Source: Cylindrospermopsis raciborskii Cr2010
Lineage (GTDB): Bacteria > Cyanobacteriota > Cyanobacteriia > Cyanobacteriales > Nostocaceae
Assembly (NCBI RefSeq): GCF_003367075.2
Contig: NZ_CP065936.1
Coordinates: forward strand, 1,350,001-1,382,000
Direction of reading: 5' to 3'
Length of the DNA stretch: 32,000 bases
Part shown: positions 17,277 through 25,296 of the stretch, piece after piece
How the letters are laid out: every line of letters starts with the position of its first letter
Numbering within the stretch: the first letter of the stretch is position 1
Notes under the pieces: generated by a model
Database searches by the model: none
What the model was told of the DNA's origin: nothing
Seen by the model: the letters and a program-made list of their open reading frames with translations, nothing else
Translations under genes and position numbers: made by a program

Positions 17277-18020
17277 ATGTTAACCTATCAGTCACCTGAA
17301 AAATTTTCCGTTTTGGGGTTACCGGTTCATGTGGTGGAAAATTACCCCCATTGGTTAGTAGAGTCTCTTCAACAGGGTAGAGGAACCCATGTGGTGACTC
17401 TCAATGCGGAAATGACTATGCAAGCTAGACGGAACCCAAGTTTATCCACAGTTATTGAAAACGCTGACCTGGTTATCCCAGATGGCGCAGGAGTGGTATT
17501 GTATTTACGTTTCATACTCAAACAGCAGGTAAAGCGTTTTCCTGGTATTGAATTAGCAGAAGGTCTACTCCAAGAACTAAGTAAAAAAGCACCATCTACA
17601 AAGGTATTTTTTTATGGCGGATCTCCAGGAGTAGCAGCTAAAGCTGCGGAGTTTTGGCAACAACAAGTTCCTAATTTGAATTTTGTCGGTACTCACTCTG
17701 GATATCATTCCCCAGAAACTGAAAAAATATTACTGGAGACTTTAACGGAGTTACAACCTCAAGTCATTTTTGTAGGCTTAGGAGTTCCTCGTCAAGAACT
17801 ATGGATCGCTAAAAACCGTACCCTATGCCCTCAGGCGATATGGATTGGGGTGGGCGGTAGTTTTGATATTTGGTCTGGTGGCAAAACCCGTGCACCCCAA
17901 TGGTTGGCAAATAATAATTTAGAATGGCTTTATCGTTTATATCAAGAACCTTGGCGCTGGCGTCGAATGCTTTCCTTACCAGAGTTCTTATTTCAAGCTC
18001 TAACTTCAAAAAACCATTAA
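17277..18020 (+). CDS. WecB/TagA/CpsF family glycosyltransferase
   Basis: VVTLNAEM, LVIPDGAGVV, FVGLGVPRQELW, GVGGSFD and EWLYRL are the conserved blocks of this family. Confidence 0.8.
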   Translation: MLTYQSPEKFSVLGLPVHVVENYPHWLVESLQQGRGTHVVTLNAEMTMQARRNPSLSTVIENADLVIPDGAGVVLYLRFILKQQVKRFPGIELAEGLLQELSKKAPSTKVFFYGGSPGVAAKAAEFWQQQVPNLNFVGTHSGYHSPETEKILLETLTELQPQVIFVGLGVPRQELWIAKNRTLCPQAIWIGVGGSFDIWSGGKTRAPQWLANNNLEWLYRLYQEPWRWRRMLSLPEFLFQALTSKNH

Positions 18021-18071
18021 GATGGAAACCGTTGGGAGCATTTCTCCATATAGATGCTCAACTAATCAAGG

Positions 18072-18608
18072 CTATTTACCATCTTTGAGCCGAATATCAA
18101 TCACAGAAGCGTTGAAATTGTAGTTAAACCCTTCTAGTTCAAAAGGCATGCCAATTTTTACTTTACTATTACCCAAGACGGGCCCATTATCCGTAACTTG
18201 TGCTTTACCCTCTAAGGTCAGTAGAAAATCCGTACTAAAATTATTACTTCTTGGATCTGGTAGTTCCTTAATTGAACCATCTGGTTGGGGTACTAGGAGG
18301 GTTCTCTTTAACTCTTGAATGGATTTAATCCCAATTTGTCCGTAGGGTTGGTTACGAATAATTACGTTAGTTTTACCACCTTTGGTAAATCCCTGTTTAA
18401 ATAGTTGCTGACTGTCTCGGACATTTAAACCCCTTACTATTAGGTCTACTTCTATGGGAACTGTTTTCGTACCTATCTGAGCTACAGAACCGGAAGTCCC
18501 AGGGAATATAAAAATGCCAACTATCACTAGCAATATTACTAGTGCTGCACTTAGATCTAGGAAGTTAATTTTACCGAATAGCCGCCCCTTGGCATCTAGA
18601 ATATTCAT
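18072..18608 (-). CDS. DUF4330 domain-containing protein
   Basis: The ATG at 18608 gives MNILDAKGRLFGKINFLDLSAALVILLVIVGIF, the family's typical N-terminus. An AAGGAG Shine-Dalgarno lies within the last codons of the upstream ankyrin gene, and 1 nt separates the two genes. Confidence 0.65.
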   Translation of the reverse strand: MNILDAKGRLFGKINFLDLSAALVILLVIVGIFIFPGTSGSVAQIGTKTVPIEVDLIVRGLNVRDSQQLFKQGFTKGGKTNVIIRNQPYGQIGIKSIQELKRTLLVPQPDGSIKELPDPRSNNFSTDFLLTLEGKAQVTDNGPVLGNSKVKIGMPFELEGFNYNFNASVIDIRLKDGK

Positions 18609-18609
18609 T

Positions 18610-19866
18610 CTACTCCTTCGCACCTGCTTGTATTAATAAATTACTTGTCTTCGTATAATTGTTAGATTTGGCAATCATTAAGGCTGTATACCCACCTTGA
18701 TTTTTTATGTTTACATTTGCTCCAGCTTGAATTAACATATCCACCGCTTGGGTATATCCTTGTGCAGTAGCATACATTAAGGGTGTGACACCCACTGGGT
18801 CTTGTAGGTTGACATTTGCTCCTTTTGTCAGGAGTAGTTGAAAAATTTCTGGATGGTTACCGATTATAGCTTTAACTAGGGCACTTTTGCCATCTTCAGC
18901 TATAACATCGATATTAACCCCACTTTCCAATAAAACCTTGACCGTTTCAGTATGTCCTTGGAATGCTGCCAAGGTCAAGGGGAATTCCCCCAAATTCTTT
19001 TTGCCACCATCTGCTCCTGCATCAAGTAGAACCCTGACTATTTCTTGGTATCCTTGAAATGCTGCTAAAATTAGGGGGGTGTCTCCCAAATTGTTTCTGA
19101 TTTCTAGGTTAGCACCCCTATTCACTAGGGTTTGCACTGTCTCTAGGTGGTTTTCGACAACGCTAAAGTGCATAGCTGTTTCACCTTCTTGATCCTGGTG
19201 ATTAATCTCTGCACCCCGATCTAACAGAACTTGGATAATTTCAGTATGTCCGCCAGCAGCAGCAGCTAGTAGTGCTGTAGTTCCATCACTATTCTCTAGG
19301 TTAGAGTTAACACCATATAATAAAGATGTTTTCACTATCTCTAGGTTACCATTATCTGCTCCCATAATTAACAGGCTTTCAGTTTCACCCTTAGTTTGAC
19401 TGTTTTTTACGAGAATGTTCAATATAACTCTATTATTCTGCCTAATTGCTAGTTTAAATGCATCCTCATTATGTTGGTCTACAATTTTTGGATCTGCTCC
19501 AAAATCTAACAGGTTTTGCACGGTCTCAATGTAGCCTTTTTCTACTGCTATCATTAATGCTGTGCTTCCATCTTCATTGACTGCATTTGTATTTGCTCCT
19601 TGAGATGTTAGCAATTTTACCACGTCAACTTGATTATGTGCAGCAGCTAACATTAATGCTGTTAAACCATGGAGTTTCCTGGGTAAATCAATATCAGCTC
19701 CAAAATCCAATAGGCAACGTACAATCTCCGTGTAGCCAAAATTAGCAGCAAACATTAATGCTGTCGTACCATGGCGATCGCCTGTATCTACTGGAAATCC
19801 CGATGCCAGTAATTGACGAACCTGCTGAACATTACCATTTTTCGCAGCCGTAAGTAAATCAATCAT
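18610..19866 (-). CDS. Ankyrin-repeat protein (about 12 repeats, 418 aa, no signal peptide)
   Basis: Units of about 33 aa with the pattern G.TALM.AA..G..E.V..LLD.GA..N repeat throughout. Confidence 0.85.
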   Translation of the reverse strand: MIDLLTAAKNGNVQQVRQLLASGFPVDTGDRHGTTALMFAANFGYTEIVRCLLDFGADIDLPRKLHGLTALMLAAAHNQVDVVKLLTSQGANTNAVNEDGSTALMIAVEKGYIETVQNLLDFGADPKIVDQHNEDAFKLAIRQNNRVILNILVKNSQTKGETESLLIMGADNGNLEIVKTSLLYGVNSNLENSDGTTALLAAAAGGHTEIIQVLLDRGAEINHQDQEGETAMHFSVVENHLETVQTLVNRGANLEIRNNLGDTPLILAAFQGYQEIVRVLLDAGADGGKKNLGEFPLTLAAFQGHTETVKVLLESGVNIDVIAEDGKSALVKAIIGNHPEIFQLLLTKGANVNLQDPVGVTPLMYATAQGYTQAVDMLIQAGANVNIKNQGGYTALMIAKSNNYTKTSNLLIQAGAKE

Positions 19867-20015
19867 CTCATTAACCTCAATTTAAGTAAATACAATTAGT
19901 TGTAGTGTTATAATTGATGAATTATTATGGAGAACCCAAGTAAATCACTTTTTGCAGTGTTTGCCGTAATTTATGCTAAGTTTTATAAAGATTTAATACT
20001 TTAGGTAAATAAACC

Positions 20016-20486
20016 ATGAGTTTAGAACTTACTCCAGACGTAAAATTCGGTTTGGAATTTTTCCATCCCGCAATCATGTGGATATTGTTAGCGCTGTCAT
20101 TATATGCAGCTTACTTAGGGTTACAAGTACAGCGTACCAGAAATGCCCAAGGAGAAGAGAAGAAACAACTAATTAAGGGTAAATATAGCGATAAGCACCA
20201 CAAAATTGGCTCTGTACTCCTAGCGTTGATGGTAGGGGGTTCTATTGGGGGAATGGCGGTTACCTATATTAACAATGGTAAGTTATTTGTTGGCCCCCAT
20301 CTCCTAGCTGGTTTAGGCATGACCGGTTTAATTGCTTTTTCTGCTGCATTAGCTCCATTTATGCAAAAAGGAGCTAATTGGGCCCGGGCCACACATATTC
20401 TATTGAATTTTGGGATTTTGGGACTTTTTATTTGGCAAGCTGTGTCTGGTGTAGAAATTGTTCTCAAAATTATTGGTCAAGCCTAG
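20016..20486 (+). CDS. DUF4079 family membrane protein
   Basis: The 156-aa protein has four hydrophobic helices. HPAIMWILLALSLYAAYLG and GPHLLAGLG...H blocks are typical of cyanobacterial/plastid DUF4079. Confidence 0.55.
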   Translation: MSLELTPDVKFGLEFFHPAIMWILLALSLYAAYLGLQVQRTRNAQGEEKKQLIKGKYSDKHHKIGSVLLALMVGGSIGGMAVTYINNGKLFVGPHLLAGLGMTGLIAFSAALAPFMQKGANWARATHILLNFGILGLFIWQAVSGVEIVLKIIGQA

Positions 20487-20499
20487 AATAGTTATAATA

Positions 20500-20525
20500 C
20501 TAGGGAGGGTAAATCCTCTCCCTAG
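20500..20525. terminator. Hairpin between convergent genes (candidate bidirectional terminator)
   Basis: CTAGGGAGG-taaat-CCtCTCCCTAG forms a stem of about 10 bp with one bulge. It lies between the DUF4079 and DUF1997 3' ends. Confidence 0.45.
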
Positions 20526-20549
20526 ATGTAAATGAGGTAGAACGCCTGG

Positions 20550-21251
20550 TCAACTCTCACTTTTTCCATGAAAGTCTTCTTGTACCTTACGAGTTAAGCG
20601 ACGAGATACCTGACGGACAACTTGATTTAACAGGCGATCGCCTGTGGACTGTACGAGGGAACTTGGTAAGCGTCTGATAAACTTGGGGAATTGTAAACAA
20701 ACAGTTAAATCCAATTGCCATTCCACTCTGGTAATACCTGGTGTATTTTCAATGAGTTGCATATGGGCATTATAGTTAATGTGGTAACCGGGAGATTGGT
20801 AGTTGGGGATGGGAATGGAGCGGATTTGACATTGATTTTTTCCGGGGACTAACAATTCCAAACCTATTTTTGGCTCTACTTCATAACCAAAAGCACCAAA
20901 TCTACCAATTACCAATGTATAACCATTCTCACCCAGGGGATGAACTACCATAGGTTGGGCACAACGTATAAACCATGCTGAATGACAGTTAAAATATTCC
21001 ATCACCTGTTCACTAGATGCTTGCATTTTCATAAACTCTCGATGATGACTATAGAATTTACTAGGAAATGCTTCATAGTTTTCTGTTAATGCGTCCTCAC
21101 TAATAAGATGAGATATAGGACTTGACAAAGAAGAATCAAGCTCATCTACTCCTAATTCTAAAGACTGAAATTCCCAATTATTTGCTACCATAATTCCGTT
21201 CTCTCTATAGTCAAAAGTTTTTGTATATTGCGTATCAATCATGATTTTCAA
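20550..21251 (-). CDS. DUF1997 family protein
   Basis: The C-terminal block TRVEWQLDLTV.LQFPKFIRRLP..LVQSTGDRLLNQVVRQVSRRLT is typical of DUF1997. The track start is a TTG, and an alternative ATG lies at 21242. Confidence 0.5.
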   Translation of the reverse strand: MKIMIDTQYTKTFDYRENGIMVANNWEFQSLELGVDELDSSLSSPISHLISEDALTENYEAFPSKFYSHHREFMKMQASSEQVMEYFNCHSAWFIRCAQPMVVHPLGENGYTLVIGRFGAFGYEVEPKIGLELLVPGKNQCQIRSIPIPNYQSPGYHINYNAHMQLIENTPGITRVEWQLDLTVCLQFPKFIRRLPSSLVQSTGDRLLNQVVRQVSRRLTRKVQEDFHGKSES

Positions 21252-21424
21252 GCTGAGGTAGCTTGCTCAGACAAAAATTCAATTTTCATAAAGATATGGA
21301 AAAAAGCATCTACAAGACAGTTGTGCGTATATAACTATTATGCCATTATGTCATCCTATCCATAGATTCCTTAGAATAAATAACGAAACCAACAAACATA
21401 TTGTTTCCTAGGATAACCTTAATT

Positions 21425-22051
21425 ATGAAAGCATTTGTAGCAGGTGCAACAGGTCAAACAGGTCAGCGGATAGTAGAAGAGCTAGTGTCCAGAAATATTC
21501 CCGTGCGAGCGCTAGTGAGAGACGAGCAAAAAGCTCGAAATCTTCTTCCTTCCCAAGTTGAATTAATTGTGGGGGATATTTTGCAACCTGAAACCCTGGT
21601 TGCTGCTTTAGGTGACAGCACAGTAGTTTTATGTGCAACTGGTGCTAGACCGAGTTTTGACCCGACTGGTCCCTATCAGGTAGATTTCCAGGGGACAAAA
21701 AACCTAGTCAAAGCAGCTCAAGATAGAAAAATTCAACATTTTGTCCTAGTTTCTTCCCTATGCGTTTCCCAGTTATTCCATCCTCTCAACCTATTCTGGT
21801 TAATTTTAGTTTGGAAGAAACAAGCCGAAGAGTTTATTAGAAAAAGCGGAATAACTTATACAATTGTGCGACCTGGAGGATTAAAAAATGATGATAACTC
21901 TGATGAAGTTATTATGCAGGGTCCTGATACCTTATTTGAAGGTAGCATTTCTAGGAAAAAAGTAGCTCGGGTTTGTGTAGAATCATTGTTTGAAAAAGCC
22001 AGGTGGAATCAGATTGTGGAAATAATTGCTAAACCACTCAGTTCCAGTTAA
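21425..22051 (+). CDS. NAD(P)H-binding atypical SDR (NmrA/Tic62-NAD-domain-like)
   Basis: The ATG at 21425 gives MKAFVAGATGQTGQRIVEEL, a Rossmann GxxGxxG motif. The blocks FVLVSS and YTIVRPGGL are also present. Confidence 0.75.
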   Translation: MKAFVAGATGQTGQRIVEELVSRNIPVRALVRDEQKARNLLPSQVELIVGDILQPETLVAALGDSTVVLCATGARPSFDPTGPYQVDFQGTKNLVKAAQDRKIQHFVLVSSLCVSQLFHPLNLFWLILVWKKQAEEFIRKSGITYTIVRPGGLKNDDNSDEVIMQGPDTLFEGSISRKKVARVCVESLFEKARWNQIVEIIAKPLSSS

Positions 22052-22115
22052 TAATTTTGAACTCTTAACTGTAACAATCTGATAAAATTTATAAGGTCTC
22101 TTTGAGCTAGGAGCA

Positions 22116-23141
22116 ATGGGAACGACTGGTGTAAGAATCGCGATTGACGCTATGGGGGGGGACTACGCACCCGCCGAAATTGTTGCTGGCGCACTGCGAG
22201 CGAAAGAAGAATTGGGCGTTCACATCTTGCTAGTAGGTGATCCCCAACAAATTGAAGCTGTCATACCCCTTAAAAGCAATAGGTTAGGAATAGAAATTGT
22301 CCCAGCCCAGGACACAATTGGCATGGACGAAGAACCTTTAAGCGCTGTTCGTAGAAAGCGTGGAGCTTCTGTCAATGTGGCAATGGACTTAGTTAAAAAC
22401 AATCAAGCTGATGCTATATTCTCTGCTGGTCATTCCGGAGCAGCAATGGCATCAGCTTTATTACGACTGGGTAGGTTGCCGGGCATTGATCGTCCCGCTA
22501 TTGGCACAGTATTTCCTACCATAAAAGCAGGTAAGCCAGTATTAATACTTGATGTTGGTGCTAATGTAGACTGTCGCCCCAAATTTTTAGAACAGTTTGC
22601 GGTGATGGGTTCGATTTATAGCCAATACGTGCTGGGAATCAGTGAACCAAAAGTGGGATTATTAAATATCGGTGAAGAGGAAAACAAAGGCAATGAAGCT
22701 GCTGTGCGTGCTCACGAGTTATTACGGGAAAACACTCAAATTAATTTCAGTGGTAACGCAGAAGGACGTGATGTATTGTCCGGTGAATTTGATGTGATTG
22801 TCTGTGATGGATTTGTTGGTAATGTGTTGTTGAAATTTGCGGAGGCGGTAGGGGGTGTAATTTTACAAATACTGCGGGAAGAACTACCCCAAGGTATTAG
22901 AGGACAAATTGGCACAGCGATTTTAAAACCTAACCTCAAGCGAGTTAAACAGCGCATGGACCATGCTGAACATGGGGGAGCTTTACTATTAGGAGTCAAT
23001 GGAATTTGTTTCATTGGCCATGGTAGTTCCCAAGCACCCTCTATTTTTAGCGCCATTCGCATGGCCAAAGAAGCTGTAGATAATCAAGTGCTAGAAAGAC
23101 TACAGTCCAAATACAAAGTTCTACAGGGTGAACCCCAGTAA
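22116..23141 (+). CDS. plsX: Phosphate acyltransferase PlsX
   Basis: The blocks IAIDAMGGDYAP, SAGHSGAAMA, ILDVGAN, DGFVGNV.LK and GHGSS are present. The length is 341 aa. Confidence 0.9.
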   Translation: MGTTGVRIAIDAMGGDYAPAEIVAGALRAKEELGVHILLVGDPQQIEAVIPLKSNRLGIEIVPAQDTIGMDEEPLSAVRRKRGASVNVAMDLVKNNQADAIFSAGHSGAAMASALLRLGRLPGIDRPAIGTVFPTIKAGKPVLILDVGANVDCRPKFLEQFAVMGSIYSQYVLGISEPKVGLLNIGEEENKGNEAAVRAHELLRENTQINFSGNAEGRDVLSGEFDVIVCDGFVGNVLLKFAEAVGGVILQILREELPQGIRGQIGTAILKPNLKRVKQRMDHAEHGGALLLGVNGICFIGHGSSQAPSIFSAIRMAKEAVDNQVLERLQSKYKVLQGEPQ

Positions 23142-23330
23142 GAATTCTAGATGAATTTGAGGTTGTTAAGCCTATCCGCATAGCTTTCTAGAAGCGGTTA
23201 GCTCAATTCTAACTGCTTCCTGATGTTTTTGCAGAAAATCTCCACCTCTAGCAAATTCGCTCAACCCAAATGACGGTGGTTTCGTCAGTCAATTAAACTG
23301 ACCGTGAACAAATGACAACGGAGATTAGGA

Positions 23331-24332
23331 GTGCAAAATTTATTCCTACAAGGTATAGCAATTACGGGTAGTGGGTCAGCCATAGCAAAAACTACCGTAG
23401 ATAACCAGTTGCTCACTCAACTGGTAGAAACTTCCGAGGATTGGATTACCACAAGAACAGGTATTTGTCAACGACAGTTGGCACTACCTCCCGAATCATT
23501 AACTACCTTAGCTACTGATGCTAGTCAACAAGCAATAACAGCAGCTGGGATTAAACCAGAAGATGTAGATTTAATCCTGTTGGCAACCTCTACTCCAGAT
23601 GATTTATTTGGCAGTGCTTGTCAAGTACAGGCTGAAATAGGTGCCGTTAAGGCTGTGGCCTTTGATTTAACCGCAGCTTGTTCTGGATTCGTCTTTGGAC
23701 TGGTGACTGCGGCCCAATACATAAGAACAGGAGTTTACCAAAATGTACTTCTAATAGGTGCAGATGTCCTCTCTCGTTGGGTAGACTGGCAAGATCGTCG
23801 CACCTGCATCTTGTTTGGTGATGGAGCAGGAGCAGTGGTATTGCAAGCTAATAAGAGCGATCGCCTATTAGGATTTGCCCTCAAAAGTGATGGTACACAA
23901 AACCACTATCTGAATTTGAGTTACCGAGGTAAGACCCAAGAGCTCAAACCAAATATTCATACTCCTATAGGTAGTTATGAACCCATCACAATGAACGGTA
24001 AAGAGGTTTATCGTTTTGCTGTGCAAAAAGTTCCAGAAGTGATAGACAAAGCTCTATTTAGTGCTAATTTGACTGTAGAGAGAATAGATTGGTTGATTTT
24101 GCACCAAGCCAACCAGCGAATTATTAACGCTGTTGCGCAAAGACTTAACATACCCGATCATAAAGTAATTAGTAACGTTGCTAATTATGGCAATACCTCT
24201 GCTGCTTCTATTCCCCTAGCGTTAGACGAAGCAGTGCGCCAGGGAAAAATCCAATCCAATGATATAATCGTTACATCCGGTTTCGGAGCGGGGTTGAGTT
24301 GGGGTGCAGCAATTTTCCAATGGGGTAAATAA
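23331..24332 (+). CDS. fabH: Beta-ketoacyl-ACP synthase III FabH
   Basis: The catalytic triad contexts are AACSGF (Cys), LHQANQRI (His) and GNTSAASIP (Asn). A GTG start is preceded by GGAG. Confidence 0.9.
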   Translation: MQNLFLQGIAITGSGSAIAKTTVDNQLLTQLVETSEDWITTRTGICQRQLALPPESLTTLATDASQQAITAAGIKPEDVDLILLATSTPDDLFGSACQVQAEIGAVKAVAFDLTAACSGFVFGLVTAAQYIRTGVYQNVLLIGADVLSRWVDWQDRRTCILFGDGAGAVVLQANKSDRLLGFALKSDGTQNHYLNLSYRGKTQELKPNIHTPIGSYEPITMNGKEVYRFAVQKVPEVIDKALFSANLTVERIDWLILHQANQRIINAVAQRLNIPDHKVISNVANYGNTSAASIPLALDEAVRQGKIQSNDIIVTSGFGAGLSWGAAIFQWGK

Positions 24333-24372
24333 TAACAAGTCTAATGACCAATTATCAGCAACCAAATATCAA

Positions 24373-25296
24373 ATGACTAAAACTGCATGGGTATTTCCCG
24401 GACAAGGTTCTCAGTGCTTAAATATGGGAATAGATCTACTAAGTATAGAATCTGCCAAAGCCAAATTCGACCAGGCCAGAAATATTTTGGGGTGGTCCGT
24501 AGATGAAATCTGTCAAGGTGACGAAGCTAAATTATCACAAACAGTTTACACTCAACCCTGTTTGTATGTAGTTGAAAGTATTATAGCAGACCTGTTACGA
24601 GAAAGAGGGCAAAAACCAGACTTAGTTGCTGGTCATAGTTTGGGAGAATATATCGCCCTGTATGTAGCTGGTGTATTTGATTGGTCAACCGGATTGCAAC
24701 TGGTCAAACGACGTGGGGAAATAATGGATAATGCAGCTGGGGGAATGATGGCAGCATTACTTAATTTTGACAGACAGCAATTAGAAGAAGAGATTGCTAA
24801 AACACCTGGTGTTGTTTTAGCGAATGATAATAGTCCAGCTCAAGTTGTAATTTCAGGTATACCAACAGCAGTAGAAGCTGTAATGTCACAGGTAAAGGCA
24901 AAACGAGCAGTTGCCCTAAAAGTTTCTGGTGCATTTCATTCGCCATTAATGAAGGGTGCATCCGAGGAATTTCAAGCAATATTAAAAGATATAGCTTTTG
25001 AGACAGCAATAATTCCCGTATCTTCCAACGTTGACCCAATTCCCAGCACCAACCCACAGGTTTTGAAGGAACGTTTAATTGAACAAATGACAGGTTCAGT
25101 AAGGTGGCGAGAAATTTCCTTACAACTACCACAATCTGGGATTGAGAAAGTAATAGAAATAGGACCGGGTAATGTATTAACCGGGTTAATCAAACGTACT
25201 GTTCAGGGTATAGAACTGAAAAACATCCAGAATCTTGAACAAATTTCAAGCTCACCCGTAAAAGGAAAGAACCACACGAAAACCGGACATTCTTAA
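24373..25296 (+). CDS. fabD: Malonyl-CoA:ACP transacylase FabD
   Basis: The ATG at 24373 gives MTKTAWVFPGQGSQ. GHSLGEY carries the active-site Ser, and the VSGAFHSPLM block is present. The track ORF's 23 extra N-terminal codons overlap the fabH end and are unlikely to be translated. Confidence 0.9.
   Translation: MTKTAWVFPGQGSQCLNMGIDLLSIESAKAKFDQARNILGWSVDEICQGDEAKLSQTVYTQPCLYVVESIIADLLRERGQKPDLVAGHSLGEYIALYVAGVFDWSTGLQLVKRRGEIMDNAAGGMMAALLNFDRQQLEEEIAKTPGVVLANDNSPAQVVISGIPTAVEAVMSQVKAKRAVALKVSGAFHSPLMKGASEEFQAILKDIAFETAIIPVSSNVDPIPSTNPQVLKERLIEQMTGSVRWREISLQLPQSGIEKVIEIGPGNVLTGLIKRTVQGIELKNIQNLEQISSSPVKGKNHTKTGHS

Noticed and set aside
19927-20004. 25-codon upstream ORF (MENPSKSLFAVFAVIYAKFYKDLIL) ending 11 nt before the DUF4079 start
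   Set aside because: It has no Shine-Dalgarno and lies in a very AT-rich leader where such ORFs arise by chance. Conservation cannot be assessed from one sequence.
24304-24372. N-terminal extension of FabD (MQQFSNGVNNNKSNDQLSATKYQ) overlapping the fabH 3' end
   Set aside because: The canonical FabD N-terminus (M-x-x-x-A-x-V-F-P-G-Q-G-S-Q) starts at the internal ATG at 24373. The extension is low-complexity and overlaps the fabH stop region.
22220-25193. Minus-strand ORFs inside plsX (22220-22402, 22736-23068) and fabD (24797-25132, 24972-25193)
   Set aside because: They lie opposite strongly supported lipid-synthesis genes and are the chance open frames typical of these regions.
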